DNA of 58,392 bases. Origin: a virus. Its lineage: Duplodnaviria > Caudoviricetes. The notes beneath the pieces are model-generated. The model did no database searches. It was given only the letters and a program-made list of their open reading frames with translations, and was not told where the DNA came from. The stretch lies in IMG/VR virus record IMGVR_UViG_3300021427_000036, positions 1 to 58,392 of that record; one strand, written 5' to 3'. This document shows, piece after piece, positions 18,324 to 28,578 of the stretch; position 1 is the first letter of the stretch, and each line of letters opens with the position of its first letter. The position numbers and the translations under genes are program-made.

Positions 18324-18611
18324 TCAGTAGTCCATGTTTATGCAGATGAAATGGTCATCGTGTCGATCATGGAGAACCTGGCCCCCGGCGTCGGCGCATT
18401 CGGCCCAAGCATCGGGAGAATCGTCGATGTGAGCTGCAAGCGTTTGCGGTGGGGAAACGTCGCAGTCAGTCTCGTCATGGATGGAGTCGAGGAGAATCAC
18501 CTCGTTTTGGCAAGGTGGCTTTCCGGGTGTGTTGGCTGAAAGCGTCGGATCAGCGGGGGTGCAAAAAGACGCAAGCCCCGAAATCGCGATCGCGGTTAGT
18601 GTTTTGATCAT
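18324..18611 (-). CDS. Secreted Cys-rich small protein / possible lipoprotein
   Basis: Signal-like MIKTLTAIAISGLASFC; five Cys; leaderless promoter. Confidence 0.65.
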   Translation of the reverse strand: MIKTLTAIAISGLASFCTPADPTLSANTPGKPPCQNEVILLDSIHDETDCDVSPPQTLAAHIDDSPDAWAECADAGGQVLHDRHDDHFICINMDY

Positions 18612-18617
18612 ACCCCC

Positions 18618-18783
18618 ATTATATCAGGGCTCAGCGACAATGTCACCGTCCGGAAGCCTCCCGATATCCTGGAGTGTACCAACAGCCTCGGCAAGCCTAG
18701 GGCTACTCCCGGTCTCAATGAGACTAGCCCAGGACAGTGTAAGGTCCACGGACGGTGACAAGGCACATGAGCCTTGATATAAT
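18618..18783. promoter_or_regulatory. Divergent leaderless promoter pair with central palindrome
   Basis: Both strands read GGACGGTGACA-N17-TATAAT-N6-ATG; palindrome at 18711. Confidence 0.85.
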
Positions 18784-18789
18784 GGAGGT

Positions 18790-19047
18790 ATGATCAACAC
18801 CTCACCCCAATACGAGGTTCACGTACATCTCGTTGACGTTATCGTAGCTTTACGCTGCGAGGCTGATCGAGCCGAACGCGAACAGTTCCCAAACGTTGCA
18901 AAACGCCAGCGCGCCCTCGCACTTCACCTGGAAAACGCTGAACTTCAACTCAACGCCCTACCTCATCCGGGTTACCGCCTCGAAGCTGCGGTTACTTACC
19001 GCTTCGTTCCGGTCATCAACCCCGCCCTGAAACCCGAATTCCGCTGA
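18790..19047 (+). CDS. Hypothetical early protein
   Basis: Leaderless promoter upstream, terminator downstream. Confidence 0.7.
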   Translation: MINTSPQYEVHVHLVDVIVALRCEADRAEREQFPNVAKRQRALALHLENAELQLNALPHPGYRLEAAVTYRFVPVINPALKPEFR

Positions 19048-19061
19048 TCCACCTACCGATC

Positions 19062-19086
19062 AAGGCCCCCACACCGGGGGCTTTTT
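19062..19086 (+). terminator. Intrinsic terminator
   Basis: AAGGCCCCC-acacc-GGGGGC followed by TTTTT. Confidence 0.8.
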
Positions 19087-19219
19087 CGCCACCTCATCGT
19101 CAGTCTCAATGAGACCGTAAGAAACCACCTCAGAACCCTACCAGAAACTCTACCTAAGCCCCAGTCTCAATGAGACCACACCCTCCGAGCCCCATCAAAG
19201 TTCAGGGCATCACCCCGGA

Positions 19220-19591
19220 TTAATCGTGAAGTTCAGCTAGTATGAAGCTAGCAACGGTTGGCATTGCGTGCTTGGCGCAAAAGCGGTAGGTATCGGGTTC
19301 GTTCAATAGCTCAGGCGCATCAGCGATTGTGAGCAAGCACCAAGCTGGTTCCGGGCATAGCAATTCGGAGCCATCGTGAGGTTCAGCATCAGCGTCAACG
19401 AGAATCGTGCCATCGTCGCCTGGCGATAGGATTGAGTTGAGATATGCCTCGGTTTGATAGTCGTGTTCGCAGGTAAAGCCCGAGTTGGGATTTAGCCGGT
19501 TGATCGCGAGAAAAGCTTCAGCACCGTTTGAGTATTGAGCGATAAAGCTCAAGTGATGTTGCTCAGCTTGCGAGTTGATCGCGAGTGTCAT
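19220..19591 (-). CDS. Hypothetical early protein
   Basis: SD AAAGGAG; promoter at 19641-19674. Confidence 0.65.
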   Translation of the reverse strand: MTLAINSQAEQHHLSFIAQYSNGAEAFLAINRLNPNSGFTCEHDYQTEAYLNSILSPGDDGTILVDADAEPHDGSELLCPEPAWCLLTIADAPELLNEPDTYRFCAKHAMPTVASFILAELHD

Positions 19592-19640
19592 CGGAGTCTC
19601 CTTTCGACCCTTGATTGGTTCGGAGTTGCATCATATACCC

Positions 19641-19674
19641 ATTTTATCATATCTCGAGACCTCTGTCACCGTCC
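19641..19674 (-). promoter_or_regulatory. Early-family promoter
   Basis: GGACGGTGACA-N17-TAAAAT. Confidence 0.75.
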
Positions 19675-19832
19675 CGAGTCCTCCAATGTTCCTCCAATAA
19701 ACCTCAAGCCACGGTCTCAATGAGTCTCAGCGAGACTCTCGGTCTCATTGAGACCCGCCGCAATGTGCTGAACCACCGGTCTCAATGAGACTCATGGTTC
19801 TTGTCGAGTTCCAGTGAGATTGCGTAGAACGG

Positions 19833-19862
19833 AAAAGCCCTAGGCGTTCTAGACCTAGGGCT
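19833..19862 (-). terminator. Intrinsic terminator
   Basis: AGCCCTAGG...CCTAGGGCT followed by TTT on the minus strand. Confidence 0.75.
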
Positions 19863-19874
19863 CCCGTCATCGAG

Positions 19875-20165
19875 TCACTCGGACTCGGCAAGTTCGGTGA
19901 CGGCGTCGTCGTCGGCCGGCGCGTCGTTGCGCTTGGCGTAGGCGTCGAGCAGCTCGTCAGCGCGTGCCGGACTGAAGACCCAGCGGCCATTCTCGTTCGC
20001 CCGTTCCCCGGTGTAATCGCGGAGCCAGCGTCGGAATGACTTGGAATCAGTGCCGGCGGCCGTGGCGAGGTCCTTGGCCGAGAAAGTGATTTCCTCAGCT
20101 TCGGTGACCTCGGTGTCGGCCTCAGTCGCCTCGTCGGCGACCGGCGTAACTGCGTTCTTGGTCAT
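19875..20165 (-). CDS. Winged-HTH-like protein with acidic arms
   Basis: FSAKDLATAAGTDSKSFRRWLR...GRWVF. Confidence 0.75.
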   Translation of the reverse strand: MTKNAVTPVADEATEADTEVTEAEEITFSAKDLATAAGTDSKSFRRWLRDYTGERANENGRWVFSPARADELLDAYAKRNDAPADDDAVTELAESE

Positions 20166-20215
20166 GATGGTTTTCCCCCCTTTCGGTATGAGGTGTCGTC
20201 GTTGATCATATAACC

Positions 20216-20371
20216 ATCATATCAAAGCTCGTAAACGATGTCACTGTCTTGAGACCTCCTCTTGTCCAGGAGTGTACCCAGAGCTTCGGTGAGCCTCAGG
20301 CACATCCCCGGTCTCAATGAGACTGTTAGCGGACCAGAGACAGTGACAAAGCATGCGAGCTTTGATATGAT
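20216..20371. promoter_or_regulatory. Second divergent leaderless promoter pair with central palindrome
   Basis: Both strands GACAGTGACA-N17-TATGAT-N6-ATG; palindrome at 20310. Confidence 0.85.
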
Positions 20372-20377
20372 GGGGGT

Positions 20378-21043
20378 ATGATGAATCAAAACCCCACACC
20401 GAATACCCCATCCCAGCATCTCTCGATGCCCGATCCATGCTCCCACTTCACCCGAATGGATGTGATCCGAGCCCGACTGGCCGGGGACAACGATGCCCTC
20501 GACTACATGCTCGACGCCGGCTGCGACATCCATGAAGCTGACATCCAGGACGACATGGACTATCTCGGAAGGCACGGCCTCTAACATGAAGATGACCAAC
20601 AACCCGGCGACATCCGATCAAGCTGATGTCCAAGGAAACTGCGATCGCTGCGGTACCTTGATCCGCCGTTACCGAGGCCAAGGTGACCTTCGCTGCTCAG
20701 GCTGCGACGCGAACTACAACTGCTTCGGCCAACGCCTACGCGACGATCTCCGTACGAGGATCAATCCTTCCGAGTACGACGAGGACATCGACGATCTGAC
20801 TGGCGACGAGCTCAGCTACCACACCTGGGGCGAGGACTACTGATGCCCAAACAAAACTGCTTCTCAGTCCGGCCAGGGTCGATCCTGGTCGCCTGGGAGA
20901 CCACCTGGAAGGTGCTCGAGAACAACACGCTCGAGCAATACCTGATCCTGGCTGAGATTGACAACCTCGGCCACCGCAAACGGGTGCGCTACTCCTCAGG
21001 CCAAACCATCTTCCTGAGGTGGAAACCCGACAACCGCCTATAA
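20378..21043 (+). CDS. Three small early ORFs (20378-20584; 20586-20843 Cys-rich; 20843-21043)
   Basis: Leaderless first start, tightly coupled stops/starts; CDRC..CSGC zinc-ribbon pattern in the second. Confidence 0.65.
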
Positions 21044-21692
21044 TCTACCCAAATCCCCTCGGGGCGGCCTCACGGCTGCATCGTGGAAGACCTCCGGTCT
21101 CAATGAGACCTGCCGGGGCATTTGTAACGGTCTCATTGAGACGTATGGTGGCAGCAAAGTAGCCTCCTGGTAGACGAATACGCCGAGCAGCCAAGTATCG
21201 GTGAGTTTGTGTTTCCAAAGTCATTCTAGTCCTATACCCGGACAAGGCTCAAGTGGTACGTGAGAGCGTTTTTGGACTCTTTTTGTCCCGTAAATGGCGA
21301 AACAGTGTTCTAGACACGGTAACTTCGGAAAACAGAACTTCACCCTTAGTTTGCGGACATGCCCCAAACACCCGGTTTCCCGAACACCTGTTCCCGCTAC
21401 CTTCACTTTTCCATCCACCAAACTCCAGAAACTACCTATACCCCAAATCCCAACTAAATCCCACTCCCCCGGACCATCATCCCCACCTTCACCTTCCCAA
21501 ATTCCCTACGTCTCCCCCAGCAATCACCCTCTCAATCACCCGATGACCCTCATTCAGAATCGCACGGACTCAATAAGACAGCTCTCAGGTCATTTGGGCA
21601 TCACCCTCACTCTCATAGCCATTCAAGAGTGTTGGCATATCCAGGAGCTTTACAAAAGCCCCGGCATCACCCCCGTATGTTCCAGAACATAC

Positions 21693-23586
21693 TCAAATAT
21701 AGTCCTCGTCGTTCAGCTCCAGACTACCATCGTATCGTTCGTATTCCTCGTCCCAAGCAGAATCTGAGGACCCAATTCCCTCTACTCGATCCCAAAGCTT
21801 ATCGACTTCCACACCTTGCCTGCGAGCCTTTCGCTCAAGCTTCCTCACGTACTTCGGAGGTAACGGTCTCCCCGTCACTGCCAAGCAAAACAGCCGCATA
21901 TAGCGGAACGGGTGCAGCATGCTGGTGAAAAGTGTCGTCATAGTATATTCCCGAACATACTACTAGCCTTGAGCAGTCCAGCAAGAGAGTTCGGTTTTCA
22001 GCATGTCGAGCAACTGGAAGTTCTCGTTCACCGCGTCCCGTTCAGATCCGGCGTCAATGATCGTAGCGATCACGTTAGCGAAGATGTCGAGCATCGTCGT
22101 CGCAATGTCCTCGATAGCTGCCGGGTTGACAGCAGAACAAGGTCCCTGATACTCAGGGTCCCGAAGCAATGGAGCTCCCTCAGCCCTCGTCATCTCAATG
22201 TGGTTGAGAATCTCGGAGGCAATCTCGTAGATTTCCATAGAAGCCATCAGTCAGCCGGCCCCGAGCTAATCGCTTTAGCGCTTAGCAACTTCCAGCCTTC
22301 AGGCACCTCGTCGCCCTCGGGGATCATCATGGAGGTGGACATCCCCGGCCCGTCGTCGGAGTCTGTTGCTGGCAACAGTTTCGTGATCCAGACCTTCCCA
22401 GCCATCATCGCGTCCATGTCAGCGGAGATTCGAGCCCTCATTTCCTCCTCAGCTTCGGGAGAAAGCTTGTTCTCAGTTACCCCGTACCCCGGGATGTAAA
22501 AGGCAGCAGTGCAGTTGGGGTTGTAGCACTTCCAATGTTCGCCCATGTCGTCAGTCACCTTCGGACGGTTGGGGAAGTCAAGGTCGGGGTCAAGATTCCC
22601 CCAGCTAGCCCCGCATCGTGGGCATGCCTCGTCAGGAACGAGATGGACGGTCAAAGACCCCGGCGAACCGGGCAGTCTTGCAGTCACCACCCGTCCCCCT
22701 CGTCGCATATGTCGTGAGTAAGTCACGTCAGTTTCCCTTCTTGTTTGTTCATCATGTGTAGAGCGAGCCAGCCATGTGATGTCAGAGCATCATCGTCGGG
22801 GACTCCATGATCATCCTCGGTGCAATAGATCTTCAAGGATGTAACATGGATGTCAGGCCAGCGATCAAGCGTTTCGTCCAGGAATTCAAAGTAGTGAATC
22901 CCTTGGTCGTCGAAGTCAGCAACGATCGTGAAGAAGTCGACCAGGTCAAAGCGGAAGAAGTCCCCGTTTTCCCCAGTAGCAGGGTCCCAAAGTTCATCGG
23001 GAATGTTCACCTTCGTCGGGCCGTTCGTTCCTTGCGTCCATGCGAGGGCCTCATAGAAGCCCCCGTATGTCGCAGCGTGGGGTGTTTTCATGGTATTGGT
23101 CATGTCAGATCCTTTCGTCAGCTCAGTTTCCCTCAGCCAAGATCAGGTATCGTGACCGTAGGGGAAGATGGCGCGGATTTGCGAGCATTCGTCGACTTGG
23201 TCATCGAAGCAAGAAGCCCAATCGCCAAAGTGCATCGGGCAGAGCGAGAGGCTCATGGCGATTTGTGAGAGTTCATCGCGGTAGAATTCGCAGTCCCAGA
23301 TCAGTTTCAGATCATCGAGAATGCGTTGGGCAAAGTCACGCGGCAAATGTTCGCGGTAGCCCCGTGCGAATTCGTCTGAGATGTCAGCCTCAGGCATGTC
23401 GAGGTAGTCGCGGATGAAGCCTTGCGCGTCGTCGGCGATGTCGTTGGAGCAGATCACCATGGAATCGTCGTCGGTGAGATGCGGGTCGTAAGCGAGGATT
23501 TTCTGGATTCGTTTGAGCGCAGCTCGCGAGAGATCCAATTCCTCGGGGCTTTGATTGGGGTTGGGTTTTGGTTGATTGATCATCAT
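21693..23586 (-). CDS. Operon of five hypothetical ORFs (23586-23143, 23103-22723, 22726-22247, 22247-21963, 21941-21693)
   Basis: Coupled ORFs downstream of the promoter at 23592-23625. Confidence 0.65.
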
Positions 23587-23591
23587 ACCCA

Positions 23592-23625
23592 ATTATATCA
23601 AACCCGTGTACTTTTGTCACCGTCC
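23592..23625 (-). promoter_or_regulatory. Early-family leaderless promoter
   Basis: GGACGGTGACA-N17-TATAAT-N5-ATGATG. Confidence 0.8.
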
Positions 23626-23659
23626 ATAGTCCTTTGCTCGTCTCATTCATTCCTCGCAA

Positions 23660-24346
23660 TTACCTAGTCAAAGCCTTGCCGCACATCGAACAAAATCGCC
23701 AGTTTCGACTCACGAACCCTTTACACCCCCCACACCTTATGGCTTTTGTGGGCATTCGAGGCTCTTCGCCATTCCGCTCAGCATCCAGTTTCGCCACCCT
23801 AAGCCGAGCGTCCCTAACTAGACTCAAAAGTTCCTGATCCATTCTAGACTTAATCTCAAGCATACGCTCGCTTCCCACTATCAAGCCTAGAGTCTTATAC
23901 TTCTTTCCGGACCCTGATGATTGCGGACCTCGTGTCCCTGCTCTACCCCGCAGGTCATGCTCAGATGCCATGCCCGTGCGTCCCTTCGCCTTTTCTATTC
24001 CGGCCTTACCACCCCCTGATCCCCCACCCATACCAGCATCGGCCTTCAATGCCCTGTGGAATAGCATAGAGTAGAACTCCACAAATTCGTCCGGCAGCAG
24101 AAAGAGAATCTCAAGTCCCATTCTCCCTTCCGCAAGTCCCCCTGATTCCAGCAATTCCCGTGCCATGGATCGACGTCCAGCAAAGAACCCCACCACCTGG
24201 CCCACCTGGCCCACCTGACCCCCCGAGTTTCCCCTTCCCCCTCCTCGCTCAAGTCGGCGGACCTCTTCCAGGAGTGTTGCATGTCTCTCACTAGCCTTAC
24301 TTAATTCCCGTAGCCTAGCATCGAGGAGTGTTAGCTCATTATCCAA
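23660..24346 (-). CDS. Hypothetical protein with C-terminal zinc ribbon
   Basis: CGGC...CSMC; GQV tandem repeat. Confidence 0.6.
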   Translation of the reverse strand: MDNELTLLDARLRELSKASERHATLLEEVRRLERGGGRGNSGGQVGQVGQVVGFFAGRRSMARELLESGGLAEGRMGLEILFLLPDEFVEFYSMLFHRALKADAGMGGGSGGGKAGIEKAKGRTGMASEHDLRGRAGTRGPQSSGSGKKYKTLGLIVGSERMLEIKSRMDQELLSLVRDARLRVAKLDAERNGEEPRMPTKAIRCGGCKGFVSRNWRFCSMCGKALTR

Positions 24347-24402
24347 GAGTGTTAACCCACTTCCAAGTGTGTTGTTTCTTCGTTTTAACTAGAGTTTGAT
24401 TA

Positions 24403-24506
24403 AGTGCATCGAGCCATTTCAGTCATTTATGGGTATCGCCCCTTATGGGGCGATATACCCAAATAACATGAACTGACTTTATGCGCTCAACCAAGTGCGA
24501 TGCACT
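24403..24506. repeat. Nested inverted repeats in an AT-rich intergenic gap (candidate origin or terminator)
   Basis: GGGTATCGCCCC-ttat-GGGGCGAT(AT)ACCC core; outer AGTGCATCG/CGATGCACT. Confidence 0.65.
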
Positions 24507-24566
24507 GGGGTTGTCTTGAACTCGAAATCGGGTTCAGTCTGTACGTGGTTACAAGAACATGACCAG

Positions 24567-26663
24567 TCATGTCGAATCCTCGGCGTTCTTAGTTGCGTGG
24601 TATTTGTGATCCCGTTTTTGGACGAGATTAGCTTCGACGAGTCTGTTGAGTTGGGCGTGAACGGAACCTGGTTGGAGCCCGGTAGCCTGAGCGATTGTGG
24701 CGGCAGAGACCCATTCATCGTTCACCGTCAGATAGCGGTAGGCCTGGCTATATTCGCCTATGGGGCGTCCGCGTTTCCCATTCGTCGATTTGCGTCGCGT
24801 CGATGAGTTTCCATTGCCTGAGGGCTGTCCCTGGTGATCCGTATGGCTTCCGCCCCCATCGCTCGCATCATCAGGTCTGATCGTGACTTGCGGAGCCCAG
24901 GAGCGATATCGGCGCCCGTTGATTCCAGCAATGGTGAAACCTGGCACGGGAGCGTTCTTGGATTCTTGCTCGCAAACTATGGTACCTCCCCTGCCCAAGC
25001 GGAAATACATAGAGTCTTCGGCCCAGGCATGGTTAGCAACAGAACCCAGGAGCAGCTGTCCGCCTCGCTGATAGCTTGCCTTTGGATCGGTTTTCTTGAG
25101 GTGGTGGATCAGTTGGATAGCCACCCCGTGCTTCCGTGCAAGTTGTTTTAGCGGAGCGAAGATCTTGGTGGTCATTTCCTGAGCCCTGTTTTCCTCAACG
25201 TCCCCGGCCATCATCATCAGTGGATCCAGGACCAGCAGTCGATAACCATCCCCCGAGGCCTTGTCGGCCAAGACTTCATCAAGCCATGATTGCCAGGATT
25301 CGTCGGAGATGGTGAACGATTGTCCTATGTAGGCATCAATATCTAGACCATCGCCCACACTGACCCCATCGGTTACTGGTGGTAGCCAGATGATATCCCC
25401 ATTGGTGCCCTTCACCAACTTGTCGGCTATTTTGGCAGGCCATACTTTACCTACGCGGGCCTTGATGAGTGGAGCGGAATCTTCTTCCTGAACGTATAAC
25501 ACCGGGCCTGGTCGTTCCACTGTAAAGTACCCCAGGAAGGGTTGACCTGAAGCCACCGATAAAGCCATGTCCAGGCCGGCCCAACTCTTGAAAGTTTTTG
25601 GCTGTCCGGCGATGAACCCTACAGCCCCCTCGGTGAGAACATCACGGATGAGCCAAGTCGGAGACTTGAGATTTCGGATAAGAGTGAAGAGATTTGTAGG
25701 CTTTGGTCTGGACTCAAGTTCTTCAAGAAGTTTCTCCGTATCCTCCGGTGTCCTAGCCATGACAGCCTTGTGGGCCTCCGTGGTTAAGCGTCGGAGTTCA
25801 TCCGACCTACCTTCGAACTTGTTCCAGACTGTTGCTCGAACGATGGCAACGATTTCCATAGCCGTGCAACCAGCGTCAGCCAGGTCTCGCTCGATTTGCC
25901 AGAGAGTTTCGCTACGATCGCCAGCAGCAACTCGAGCCGAAACCAACTCTCGAACTCGACTGCTGACCTTAAGCCGAACTCGAGCCCACACCGCATGGCG
26001 GTCGATGTGTTCAATCTCATCCTCGAGAATCTCAGTGACGGGGCCAGCTCCGCCGGGAACTTCAGGAAGGTCTACGAAGCTATCTGAGAAATACTGTTGA
26101 CCTTCGTCCCAAAGGAGTTTACCAGTTGGTGACTTTCCATCCTTACCCCTATACTCCGGTTTGTGGTTGATCCAAGTGGGTAGCCGAAGAAGTTGCGTCG
26201 TATCCCAACCGCTGGGGTCAGCCCCTAGGTAGTAGGTGAGTTGATGGTTTTCTCGACCATGCCAGGAAGCCCCTAACATATCCCCACTGGCAATGAGCCA
26301 AAGAGCCTGGTGCCGGCCGGGGGATGTTTCCCAGGCGATTGTTGGTGGATAATCCACTATACCTCGGGGATCCACTTCATCCAGATCAGCCCAAAGGGCT
26401 CTTTCGTCGCATTGGAACTCAGTTTGACGTACCCGCTCTTCGAAGAGCATCGGACACCAGTACACTTCATTGTGTCGGTTGGCGTCAAGGTGGTTGATGA
26501 TCTTGTCCTTATCCCGAGGCCAATAGAAAGCCCTATTTTCCTTGTAGCTCAAGATGCGTTCTCGTTTGTCCTTGCAATCCCCCCGAATAGTAGGGAAGAA
26601 GCAGTAACCCTTCTGCCTACCCCATGCCTTACTGACGATCTTGAGTATCTGTTCAGCTTCCAA
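24567..26663 (-). CDS. Primase (RepB/prim-pol-type) fused to RecA-like AAA_25 helicase and C-terminal HTH
   Basis: ALWADLDE, WETSPGRHQALW, QLLRLP; Walker A AGQPKTFKS; VLYVQEED; LVLDPL; IHHLKK. Confidence 0.88.
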   Translation of the reverse strand: MEAEQILKIVSKAWGRQKGYCFFPTIRGDCKDKRERILSYKENRAFYWPRDKDKIINHLDANRHNEVYWCPMLFEERVRQTEFQCDERALWADLDEVDPRGIVDYPPTIAWETSPGRHQALWLIASGDMLGASWHGRENHQLTYYLGADPSGWDTTQLLRLPTWINHKPEYRGKDGKSPTGKLLWDEGQQYFSDSFVDLPEVPGGAGPVTEILEDEIEHIDRHAVWARVRLKVSSRVRELVSARVAAGDRSETLWQIERDLADAGCTAMEIVAIVRATVWNKFEGRSDELRRLTTEAHKAVMARTPEDTEKLLEELESRPKPTNLFTLIRNLKSPTWLIRDVLTEGAVGFIAGQPKTFKSWAGLDMALSVASGQPFLGYFTVERPGPVLYVQEEDSAPLIKARVGKVWPAKIADKLVKGTNGDIIWLPPVTDGVSVGDGLDIDAYIGQSFTISDESWQSWLDEVLADKASGDGYRLLVLDPLMMMAGDVEENRAQEMTTKIFAPLKQLARKHGVAIQLIHHLKKTDPKASYQRGGQLLLGSVANHAWAEDSMYFRLGRGGTIVCEQESKNAPVPGFTIAGINGRRYRSWAPQVTIRPDDASDGGGSHTDHQGQPSGNGNSSTRRKSTNGKRGRPIGEYSQAYRYLTVNDEWVSAATIAQATGLQPGSVHAQLNRLVEANLVQKRDHKYHATKNAEDST

Positions 26664-26706
26664 CCGCTACCCCTTCTTTGTCATGTATCGTTTTAGCCGA
26701 AGTAAT

Positions 26707-26747
26707 ACCTTATCGCATCTCAATACGCGGTGTCAAATGACTCATTC
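26707..26747 (-). promoter_or_regulatory. Primase promoter with AATGAGTCATT palindrome abutting -35
   Basis: GAATGAGTCAT-TTGACA-N18-TAAGGT; 16 bp identical to 47973-47988. Confidence 0.7.
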
Positions 26748-26862
26748 TGCGTGTTACCTGGCCCCTCGCCACCAGCTTAAGAGGACTAGCATTACCAGCA
26801 GTACTGCCAGTATACTAATGAACTTCCAGGACTCATCGAGACCGCGCCACAACTCAAAAACC

Positions 26863-28121
26863 CTATCCATGGAGGAAACACGCAACTCGGCAGAGAATAG
26901 GATCGACCTCTTTCGTCTTCCCACACTCTGTGCAGGTGGTGTGGTCCAAACATGTACGAACATCCACGATATGCCCATGGACATTCCATGCCGTCACGCC
27001 TCGGTATTCACCGGGCTCATCACATTGGTAACAACTCATCAATCGTCCCACATCTTGCTGTAGCGGCCCAAGATTGTCACTGAAGTTGTGAATGGTTCGG
27101 GCTTTCGAGTTACTAGGCACCTATGCAGAGGCCAGGATTCTTTGTCGTCCTTGACGCGGATGTTGAGGGTTCTTCCACACAGATGGCAGTGTAGCCGCCG
27201 TAGGGTGGATAGATGTCCCGCAGTTCCTTGCGGTTTCTTAGTCCCAGGTTCGTTCTTCAGCAGCTTCCTCGTTATCTGTGAGTTCTCGGTATTCTTCCAG
27301 GACTTCCACACCCAATTGTGGGTTGTTGATCTGGTCTCGGATCATGGTGAGACTGACTCTCACCACGTCGATCAGGTCTTGTCGGTCCTGCTTGGTCATC
27401 TTGGACTTCTTGTAGATGGTCATGGCGGAATGTAGCCATTCACGGAAGATTTCCAGCAGATCGAGGCGTCGAGCAGCTTCGTTCCACGTGATTTCCTTCT
27501 CGACCTTGGACCAGCCTCGCGGATCGTAGATCATCTTCCGCAGTCGTTCGGCCAGGGCTTCTGTCGTCATGTGGGTGACGGCGATGTAGGTGATTTCTTC
27601 CTCCACCTTATTCCGCCGTTGCTCTTCGGTCTTGTATCGCTTCCCCGTCGGCGGTGGAAGATCAGTCACCGTACTCCTCATCTTCCTTAACCTCAGGCAA
27701 TGGATCTTCCGGATGTTGAGCAACGGTATGCAGTTGCCCCATCAGTTTGGCAGATGGATGAACAGCTTCCTTGTCCATGTACCAGTAGAGTACGTTCATC
27801 ATCGGAAAGCGGAAAGAGTGATGCTTGGTCTCAACGATGAGAAGTTCACCATTCTCAGACAAAAATGACTGCGCGTCTCCGTCGGAAACCCAAGATTCAC
27901 CTCCCGCCATGTACACGGTTACTTTGGCCATGTCTTCCTTTCTATGTGAAGAGACTTAGCATGTCGATGAACTTCTGCACTTCCTCAGAAGTTGTGAGGA
28001 TGATTGTGGGAGGGCAACTGGATCTTGGGGTAATCTCAATCACCACTCCATTGTGTTCGTAGCGGATAAGTGTGACTTCGTTGTCAAATCCGTCCACGAT
28101 GTGAACTTGGGGTCCTAGCAT
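26863..28121 (-). CDS. Run of small hypothetical ORFs (e.g. 27662-27931, 27238-~27670, Cys-rich ORFs near 26863-27311)
   Basis: SD-led, overlapping small ORFs; exact starts uncertain. Confidence 0.5.
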
Positions 28122-28133
28122 CTCACCCCCTTT

Positions 28134-28577
28134 CTAATTGCGGTTTTGAAGCCCCTCAAGTTTGAATTCGCCGTCGGGGAAGATGATGTAGATCGGTCGG
28201 AGCATACTTCGAGCATAGCGGACTGTTGTCCAAGTGCCCGATCGTCGTTCCTCAGTCTTGCCCTTCGGACAAGCAATCAGACCTAGTTTCGCCTTCTCGA
28301 CGATGATCCGATCCCGGACAAGATAAGGCAGAACCGGATGTCGGATTTCGGCGTCGCAGAAAGCGCGGCTGGGGGATAGACCGTTGCGATCTTTGCCGGG
28401 GAATACTTCCCGGAAGATGCCCAGCCCCTTGCAGATGTCATCAAAGTCCTTGTCAGCCCCAGTACAGTCACCATGGACAGCATTTCCGGGGTGGATTTTG
28501 ATCAGCAGCCCGGTGACCTTGACGCTCTGTTCGTAGGTCATTCCAGCACGAGTACCAGTGAAACCTAGAATTCCCAT
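28134..28577 (-). CDS. SLOG-superfamily (DprA/YspA-like) nucleotide-binding protein
   Basis: GFTGTR, HGDCTGAD, YLVRDRIIV, RSGTWTTVRYA. Confidence 0.75.
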   Translation of the reverse strand: MGILGFTGTRAGMTYEQSVKVTGLLIKIHPGNAVHGDCTGADKDFDDICKGLGIFREVFPGKDRNGLSPSRAFCDAEIRHPVLPYLVRDRIIVEKAKLGLIACPKGKTEERRSGTWTTVRYARSMLRPIYIIFPDGEFKLEGLQNRN

Positions 28578-28578
28578 T

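Larger units (their letters stand above)
18066..21143. repeat. Cluster of 14 copies of palindrome GGTCTC-NNN-GAGACC
   Basis: Copies start at 18066, 18086, 18131, 18200, 18711, 19102, 19163, 19713, 19723, 19741, 19778, 20310, 21096, 21129; all intergenic. Confidence 0.92.

Noticed and set aside
18066-21143. CRISPR array made of the GGTCTC repeats
   Set aside because: Repeats are only 15 bp, spacing is irregular, intervals contain genes and promoters, and no cas operon is present; the Cas4-like nuclease sits in a normal recombination module
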